Part shown: positions 47,436-53,359 of the stretch, piece after piece
Layout: each line of letters begins with the position of its first letter
Numbering within the stretch: the first letter of the stretch is position 1
IMG/VR virus record: IMGVR_UViG_3300045988_063706
Span: 1-53,359 of that record
DNA: 53,359 nt
Strand: one strand, 5' to 3'
Source: a virus
Notes under the pieces: model-generated
Database searches by the model: none
Told to the model about the DNA's origin: nothing
What the model saw: the letters and a program-made list of their open reading frames with translations, nothing else
Position numbers and translations under genes: made by a program

Positions 47436-48320
47436 ATGGCAACCAAAAAGGGTCATGAAATTCCTACCATTGATGTCGTTCTGGTAACTGTCGGCCCTGT
47501 TGAGGAGGGCGGTGACGAGATTGCTCTCGATACTGCCTCCAACATCCAGGTCAGCCCTCAGATTGAGACCGAGGACGCTATCAAACTCATCGTAAAGGGC
47601 CGTCTCATTGCTCAGAAGAACGCCGTGAACACCATGACCGGCAACGCTATCACGCTGACCGACAACGTGTTCAATCCCGAACTGGTGAAGATTCTCCAGG
47701 GCGGCGTCATCAAGTATTGGGCCGACGCTGAGCAGGGGTCCACTTCTGATACCGACATGGGGTTCGGCGTGGCTTCTTACACTCCTCCCGTCGCCGGTGC
47801 TATGGAGAAACTCGCCACGTTCCCGCTGAATGCGTATTCCGCTATCTACAACGCCGCCGGAGTCATTACCGGGTACGAGCGTATCACTTATCCGAACTGT
47901 CAGGGTGTCCCCGTCGCTCTGAACAGCGAGGACGGCGTGTTCCGTGTTTCCGAGTACACTATCAACTCCGCCCCTGCTGAGGGTGAGGCCCCCTATGTCA
48001 TCAACTATATCAAGGAACTGCCCGTCGTGGGTATTCTGGGCGAACTGACTGTTCAGTCTACTGCTGGTACTACCTCCGGCAAAACCAAACTGACCGTCAC
48101 TCCTACAAAGGGTCCTGACAATGCCTATTGGACGAAGACCGGGACTTCCCTGACCCTGCCCAACTACCACGAGGTCGTCGGTACTGGCGGCGGGTACACG
48201 TCTTGGAACGGGACTGCGGAACTGACTGCAACCACGGGTCAGGAGGTCATCGTGGTTGAGGTGGATGCAAGCAACCGGGCCGTCAAGGGTGGCAAGACAA
48301 CTGTCACCGCTATGGCCTAA
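47436..48320 (+). CDS. Major tail protein with a C-terminal Ig-like domain
   Basis: Positioned before the chaperone and tape measure genes. The C-terminus LTVQSTAGTTSGKTKLTVTP...VIVVEVDASNRAVKGGKTTVTA looks Big_2-like. Confidence 0.75.
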   Translation: MATKKGHEIPTIDVVLVTVGPVEEGGDEIALDTASNIQVSPQIETEDAIKLIVKGRLIAQKNAVNTMTGNAITLTDNVFNPELVKILQGGVIKYWADAEQGSTSDTDMGFGVASYTPPVAGAMEKLATFPLNAYSAIYNAAGVITGYERITYPNCQGVPVALNSEDGVFRVSEYTINSAPAEGEAPYVINYIKELPVVGILGELTVQSTAGTTSGKTKLTVTPTKGPDNAYWTKTGTSLTLPNYHEVVGTGGGYTSWNGTAELTATTGQEVIVVEVDASNRAVKGGKTTVTAMA

Positions 48321-48337
48321 AGAGAGGAGAATAAACA

Positions 48338-48799
48338 ATGGAGAATCTGAAGATTACACCTATTTCCGAACTCATCGAATCCAGCCGGGGCGAGGTCGTC
48401 GCCCTGCCCCCTTTCCGTGAGGGCTGTCCTTTCGTGGCTCAGTTGAAGCGGCCCTCCATGCTGATGCTGACAAAGTCCGGCCGCATTCCTAACTCCCTCA
48501 TTTCTTCTGCGAACAAACTGTTCAACGGAAAGGGGGTTGACGGCTCTAATGGCAACACGATGAAAGACGCTTTTGATGTGTTCGAAACTCTGTGCGAGGC
48601 CTCTTTCGTGGAGCCTACCTACGCTCAGCTCAAGGAAGCCGGGGTTGAACTGACTGACGAACAGTTCATGGCGGTATTCAACTATACTCAGGCCGGGGCG
48701 AAGTCCCTTGCTCCCTTTCGTGGAAAGCAAGCAGATTCTGTCCCTCCTGTCTCTGGCTCAGAGGTATCGGGAAAGACCGTCGAGGCTCCTCGGAATTGA
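48338..48799 (+). CDS. Tail assembly chaperone (gpG-like)
   Basis: Sits between the major tail and tape measure genes, with an overlapping downstream ORF. Confidence 0.7.
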   Translation: MENLKITPISELIESSRGEVVALPPFREGCPFVAQLKRPSMLMLTKSGRIPNSLISSANKLFNGKGVDGSNGNTMKDAFDVFETLCEASFVEPTYAQLKEAGVELTDEQFMAVFNYTQAGAKSLAPFRGKQADSVPPVSGSEVSGKTVEAPRN

Positions 48800-48929
48800 G
48801 GATGCTTATACTGCCTATTGTCTTGACGAGGCCTGTGCTTACATAATGGCCCGTCTTGACAATGGGGAGGAGATGGAATACAAAAAGAAATATAGCAGTT
48901 TCACCGAACTTTATAGTCAGTACGAATAG
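48708..48929 (+). CDS. gpT-like extension of the tail assembly chaperone, probably expressed by frameshifting from 48338..48799
   Basis: Open in the +1 frame from 48654. RPSRLLGIEDAYTAYCLDEACAYIM resembles chaperone T-segments. There is no RBS. Candidate slip site CCC_UUU_C at 48713..48719. Confidence 0.55.
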   Translation: MLPFVESKQILSLLSLAQRYRERPSRLLGIEDAYTAYCLDEACAYIMARLDNGEEMEYKKKYSSFTELYSQYE

Positions 48930-48940
48930 GAGGTGTCTAA

Positions 48941-51900
48941 ATGCCTGGAGTTGACCTTGGAACCGCTGTTGGCTATCTTATGTTAGACGCCTCAGGTTTC
49001 ACAAGTGGGTTCGATAGGGCAAGGTCCGCTCTCAGGACCTTTCAAGACGAGTCTGCGACTGCCGCTGACAAGTTTTCTGCTGTTGGAACTGCGATGACTG
49101 CGGTGGGTGGCACTCTGACAAAGAGCGTCACCCTCCCTGTCGTTGGTCTGGGAACAGCAGTTATGAAAGTCGGTAACGACTTTGAAGCCCAAATGAGCCG
49201 AGTTAAGGCCATAGCCGGGGCGACTGGCGAAGAGATGGAGAAGTTGAATGACCTTGCGCTCCAATTAGGTGCTGAAACTTCTTTCTCCGCAAGTGAAGCC
49301 GCTGAGGGTATGGAAAATCTTGCGAGTGCGGGTTTTACCGTGAATGAAATTATGGACGCTATGCCGGGACTCCTGGACTTAGCGGCGTCGTCTGGTGCTG
49401 ACCTTGCCACGGCAACCGAAATCGCCGCCTCAGCCGTCCGAGGGTTCGGCCTGGAGGCCTCTGACACTACTCACGTCGCTGACGTATTTGCTGAGGCCGC
49501 CGCTCGTACAAATGCTCAGACTGAGGACATGGGCGAGGCTATGAAATATATTGCCCCTGTCGCAAAGGCTATGGGACAGAGCCTCGAAGAGACTGCCGCC
49601 GCTGTGGGTATCCTTTCCGATGCAGGTATTAAGGGTTCTCAGGCTGGCACGTCCTTGAGAGGTGCTCTTTCTCGTTTGGCTCGTCCAACAGATACTATGA
49701 CTCAGGTCATGAAAGAGTATAGCCTTTCTTTCTACGATGCGTCTGGCAATATGCTCCAACTGAACCAGATTATCGCAGAACTTGAAAAAGGTCTTGGAGG
49801 GCTTACTCAGGAACAGCGAAACAACGCATTGGTCACTCTGTTCGGTCAAGAATCTCTTTCGGGTATGCTGGCTCTAATGGAGCGAGGTCCTGAGGAACTG
49901 CAAGCACTCACTCAATCGTTCTATGACGTTGATGGAGCCGCCGCTGAAATGGCCGATACCATGATGGACAATACCTCCGGAGCAATCGAGGAAATGATGG
50001 GTTCCATTGAAACCCTTGCTATCAAGATTCAACAGGTCATGGCCCCGGTTGTTACAGACATTGTCCAAAAGATTACAGAATTCATCAATAAAATCTCCTC
50101 AATGGATGATGAAACCCTGCAATTAGTTGTGAAAATCGCCGCCGTCGCCGCCGCTCTTGGGCCTCTGCTTCTCATCTTTGGAAAGATAACAAGCGCAGTC
50201 GGCTCAGTCATCAATATATTCACAAGCCTATCCGGAACCATTGGCGGAATTGTGAGTACGTTGAGTCAGGTTGGAGGGGCTTTGACCGGAACCCTTACCG
50301 GGCCTCTAACCGGAGCGGCGGCAACCATTACCAAACTCATCACGTCTTTTGCAAGTTTGGCCCCCACTATTCTTCCGATTGTTGCTATTGTTGGAACCCT
50401 TGCGGCGGCATTCAAACACCTGTGGGACACGAATGAAGAATTTCGTGAAAGCATGACTGCAATCTGGGAGGGTATCTCCGAAACCGTTGGCAATTTTTGT
50501 GATGGAATTGTTGAACGTATTAACGAACTCGGGTTCAGTTTTGAGAATCTTGGGGAAGTTTTGAGTGCTCTTTGGGATGCCTTTACTACGTTACTCGCCC
50601 CTCTATTTGAGGGTGTATTCCAGAATATTGCAATAGCAATAGAAACCGCCTTAAACACTATCCTAAGTGTTCTCGACATCTTTATCGGGCTATTCACTGG
50701 TGATTGGGAGCAAATGTGGAATGGTATCAAAAACCTTTTCACTGGGGTCTTTGACGGTATGATAGCAACAGTCGAGAATTGGGGAAATACCCTCATGGGC
50801 TTGCTGGATGCTGTTCTCGGGCTTTTTGGAACCTCTTGGGAAGAACTTTGGACCGGTGTCAAAGACTGGTTCAGTAATGCCGTTAACTCCATTGTCTCCG
50901 GGGTACAGTCCATCATCGATTGGTTCGCCGCTCTACCGAGCAATATTGCAACCGCTGTCCAAAATGCTATTTCTGCGATTGGAAACTTTGCTTCTGAGGT
51001 ATGGTCCAGTCTTGTTTCTGGGGTTGGAGACGCTATCAGCGCAGTTGGTTCGTTCTTTGCAGAGTTGCCGAATAATATTGCCTATGCCCTCGGATATGCT
51101 ATCGGCTCCATCCAAAATTGGGTTGAGGAAATGTGGAACACTCTTTCAACGGCTATTCCGCAACTCATTGAGGATATTGGCACATGGTTCGGCGAATTAC
51201 CTGGAAGAATCAAAGAATGGCTTGCTCAAACTGTTACCGCTATCGGTGAATGGTTTTCTCAAGTGTGGGCTTCTGTCACTGAGTGGCTTGCTCAAACTTT
51301 CAACGTGATCGCCGAATGGTTCATGTCAATTCCGGGGGCCGTTTATGAGTGGCTCTCCGGGGTATTCACAACGATTGTTGACTGGGGTGCAAACCTCATT
51401 GAAACTATCGGAACAGTCATGGGAGATTTCTTCCAGTCCATTGTGGATTGGCTTGCAGGTATTCCAGACGCCTTTGTCGAGTGGTTCAATAAGGTTATTG
51501 AATTCCTCAAGAGTTTACCTGCTACTCTGTTTGAAATTGGTAAAGATATGCTCCAGTCTTTGTGGGATGGGATGGTGTCCATTGTGGATGGTTTGTTCGG
51601 TTGGATTGGTGATGTCATTGAGGGGATAAAAAGCATTTTCTCCTCCGCTGAGGAGGGTTATGAAGATGCTCGGCGTTCTGCTGAGTCTGTGAGCGGTTCT
51701 TATGCAAGCGGCCTTGATTATGTCCCTCGGGACATGAACGTCCGTGTGCATGAGGGCGAGCGCATTCTTACCAAACAGGAGAACGCTTCTGGAGTGTTCG
51801 GCAACTCTGGCTCCGGTGGTGTTCAGACCGTGAACTTTGATCTCTCAATTCCTATGGATGGGCAGGTACTCGCAAGAGCAAGTTACAGTTACAATCTAAA

Positions 51901-51952
51901 AGAGGGTTCTCTTAGAGGGGGCGATTTAGTAGAGGGAGGCAATAGCCTATGA
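48941..51952 (+). CDS. Tape measure protein
   Basis: 1003 aa. The N-terminal TMP core (VKAIAGATGEEMEKLNDLALQLGAETSFSASEAAEGMENLASAGF), a long helical W/F-periodic region, and the position all fit. Confidence 0.9.
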   Translation: MPGVDLGTAVGYLMLDASGFTSGFDRARSALRTFQDESATAADKFSAVGTAMTAVGGTLTKSVTLPVVGLGTAVMKVGNDFEAQMSRVKAIAGATGEEMEKLNDLALQLGAETSFSASEAAEGMENLASAGFTVNEIMDAMPGLLDLAASSGADLATATEIAASAVRGFGLEASDTTHVADVFAEAAARTNAQTEDMGEAMKYIAPVAKAMGQSLEETAAAVGILSDAGIKGSQAGTSLRGALSRLARPTDTMTQVMKEYSLSFYDASGNMLQLNQIIAELEKGLGGLTQEQRNNALVTLFGQESLSGMLALMERGPEELQALTQSFYDVDGAAAEMADTMMDNTSGAIEEMMGSIETLAIKIQQVMAPVVTDIVQKITEFINKISSMDDETLQLVVKIAAVAAALGPLLLIFGKITSAVGSVINIFTSLSGTIGGIVSTLSQVGGALTGTLTGPLTGAAATITKLITSFASLAPTILPIVAIVGTLAAAFKHLWDTNEEFRESMTAIWEGISETVGNFCDGIVERINELGFSFENLGEVLSALWDAFTTLLAPLFEGVFQNIAIAIETALNTILSVLDIFIGLFTGDWEQMWNGIKNLFTGVFDGMIATVENWGNTLMGLLDAVLGLFGTSWEELWTGVKDWFSNAVNSIVSGVQSIIDWFAALPSNIATAVQNAISAIGNFASEVWSSLVSGVGDAISAVGSFFAELPNNIAYALGYAIGSIQNWVEEMWNTLSTAIPQLIEDIGTWFGELPGRIKEWLAQTVTAIGEWFSQVWASVTEWLAQTFNVIAEWFMSIPGAVYEWLSGVFTTIVDWGANLIETIGTVMGDFFQSIVDWLAGIPDAFVEWFNKVIEFLKSLPATLFEIGKDMLQSLWDGMVSIVDGLFGWIGDVIEGIKSIFSSAEEGYEDARRSAESVSGSYASGLDYVPRDMNVRVHEGERILTKQENASGVFGNSGSGGVQTVNFDLSIPMDGQVLARASYSYNLKEGSLRGGDLVEGGNSL

Positions 51953-52335
51953 CATTCAAAGTTGATAATGTTGATTACAGTTCCAAGATAACGATTGCAG
52001 GGTATAAGGTTTCTCCCCGAAGAGTCTATGGAGGCGCTCGGGGAGACCTCCTAAATGGTGAAAGCGTGGCTGACCTTATAGTCATTAAAAAAGACTTGGA
52101 AGTCACGATTGTTTCTACTGTTGAGGCTGATACTTCTGCAATAGCAACGGCACTATTAAAGGAATACGTTCAACTCGTATTCTCTGACCCTGTTACTGCT
52201 ACGGATATTTCAGGAACATATGAACCCGAAGTCTCTTCTATTGAGATGGCTATTGATATTGGAGGGGCTGTTGGTACAACTGCCTCAAATAATCGGTATT
52301 GGTACGGGTTTGAAGTATCATTCAAACAGAAGTAG
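51949..52335 (+). CDS. Distal tail protein-like (short)
   Basis: 4-nt overlap with the TMP stop. Called on position. Confidence 0.5.
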   Translation: MTFKVDNVDYSSKITIAGYKVSPRRVYGGARGDLLNGESVADLIVIKKDLEVTIVSTVEADTSAIATALLKEYVQLVFSDPVTATDISGTYEPEVSSIEMAIDIGGAVGTTASNNRYWYGFEVSFKQK

Positions 52336-52348
52336 AAAGGAGGTTATC

Positions 52349-53359
52349 ATGGCTGTCAACGAATTACTGTATAATAGTAAAACCTTTGAACGGCTTAGAA
52401 AAGCCTCTTGCAATCTAAGCGAGTCCCTTTCTTTGAGTGCATTACCCATAGATACTCTGAGTGCAACTGTGGTAGAAGAAACAGACGTTGCAGATTTGAA
52501 AGAATATGAGTACGGTTCAATCGTTCAATACAAGCATAACAATATTCTCATCGGGAAATTTTATCTGGAAAAGATTGAACAGACTGGAAAATGGGATTGG
52601 ACATTTTCCTGTATATCTCCTATTGGTCTTCTTGAAAAAGACAACCATTGGGGAGGAATTTATACTGGTCAAACTGCTGAAGAGGTTCTTGCTGATGTCA
52701 TTGGTGGGGTTATACCTTACACTATTGATGATGGGTTAAAAACCGTTCTTGTATATGGTTGGTTGCCAAAAGGTACTCGAAGGGATAACCTGAGAAATGT
52801 TCTTTTTGCTATCAATGCAAGAGTTATTAAAAATGATGCAGGGGATTGTCATTTTGTTGCTCTTTCTGAGGGAGAACCTTATGAACTCCCTATCAGTAAA
52901 TTCTATTTAACGGGTGGGAGTGTTACTAAAGGCTCCCCCGCTACTCAAGCACAAATTACAGAGCACTCTTACTATCAATCCCCCGGAGCAACTACTGAGA
53001 CAATTTTTGAGGGTGTTGCAACTGGTTCAAGTTTTATAACTCCTAAAGGAACAAGTATCTCGCAAGCAACTCTTCTTGAATGGGATAAACCATACTATGA
53101 CTATCAGGTTACAGGCTCAACTATCTTAGAGTCTGGAGTGAACTACGTTGTAGTCTCTCAATCTGCTAACTGTACTATAACAGCGAAAGCCTATGCACAC
53201 TCTGAACGAGTTTTGTTTCGAAATGGTGAGGAGAACGAGTCTCCTAATGTCGTAAATTCAAATGCTTGTCACCTTGTAAATTTAACAAATTCAGAACTCG
53301 TTGTAGACCGAGTCATTGCATTTTACGGTCATGCGAAAAAGACGGTGGTTGATATAATT
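52349..53359 (+). CDS. N-terminal part of the tail fibre / tip protein. The ORF has no stop in the window and continues at base 1 (about 736 aa joined).
   Basis: RBS gaaaggaggttatcATG at 52349. Not in the ORF track because it has no stop. In frame with 1..1255 through the 55-bp overlap (…LVVDRVIAFYGHAKKTVVDII…). Confidence 0.8.
   Translation, partial: MAVNELLYNSKTFERLRKASCNLSESLSLSALPIDTLSATVVEETDVADLKEYEYGSIVQYKHNNILIGKFYLEKIEQTGKWDWTFSCISPIGLLEKDNHWGGIYTGQTAEEVLADVIGGVIPYTIDDGLKTVLVYGWLPKGTRRDNLRNVLFAINARVIKNDAGDCHFVALSEGEPYELPISKFYLTGGSVTKGSPATQAQITEHSYYQSPGATTETIFEGVATGSSFITPKGTSISQATLLEWDKPYYDYQVTGSTILESGVNYVVVSQSANCTITAKAYAHSERVLFRNGEENESPNVVNSNACHLVNLTNSELVVDRVIAFYGHAKKTVVDII
53305..53359. 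repeat. 55-bp terminal direct repeat (copy of 1..55)
   Basis: Exact identity with bases 1-55. Confidence 0.95.

Noticed and set aside
1-53359. Lysogeny module (integrase, CI/Cro-type repressor, excisionase), tRNA genes, or a DGR reverse transcriptase
   Set aside because: I looked through all ORFs of 60 aa or more and the intergenic regions. I saw no tyrosine or serine recombinase motifs, no reverse-transcriptase motif, and no cloverleaf-like T-loop sequences. This absence was judged by eye only and should be confirmed with profile searches and tRNAscan.

Overview
The window is a complete tailed dsDNA phage genome of about 53.3 kb, assembled as a circle. Bases 1-55 are identical to bases 53305-53359, and a tail gene reads through this junction.

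Layout:
- Plus-strand early genes: 32882-33847.
- AT-rich iteron and palindrome region: 33900-34575.
- Late operon, plus strand, wrapping the junction: terS, terL, SPP1-type portal, gp7-like head protein, scaffold, decoration protein, lambda-E-type major capsid, connectors, major tail, chaperone, tape measure, tail fibre, CHAP endolysin, holins. It ends at a small sigma region-4 protein (3889-4119) and two terminators.
- Accessory operon of odd low-complexity and Cys-rich proteins: 4246-7324.
- Two single-gene plus-strand units: 7454-8786.
- Long minus-strand early/replication arm: 32584 down to 8797. It carries a family A DNA polymerase, prim-pol/SF3 helicase, Cas4-like nuclease, Sak4-like ATPase, DUF669-like SSB, SNF2 helicase and VRR-NUC.

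The replication arm also holds an unusually large nucleotide-metabolism and DNA-modification set: a ThyA-like enzyme with Asp at the base-reading position, a Tmk-like kinase, dUTPase, radical SAM/SPASM, a GT-A-like protein, dCMP deaminase, MazG-like, HD, HAD, and a candidate thymidine-hypermodification (aGPT-Pplase-like) protein.

I saw no integrase, repressor, tRNA or CRISPR array, so the phage is probably virulent. Host cues point to a spore-forming Firmicute (Clostridia-like): TRTG-type extended -10 promoters, a Spo0A C-terminal domain, a SleB-like hydrolase, and L27/Prp-type LQFFA motifs.

Most interesting, in rough order:
1. The candidate DNA hypermodification gene set.
2. A virion ADP-ribosyltransferase paired with an early-promoter ADP-ribosylglycohydrolase.
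3. A receiver-less Spo0A DNA-binding domain.
4. The Cys/Gly/Pro-Gln-rich accessory operon.
5. The phased-iteron region.

All family assignments come from motif recognition by eye. No database search was run.
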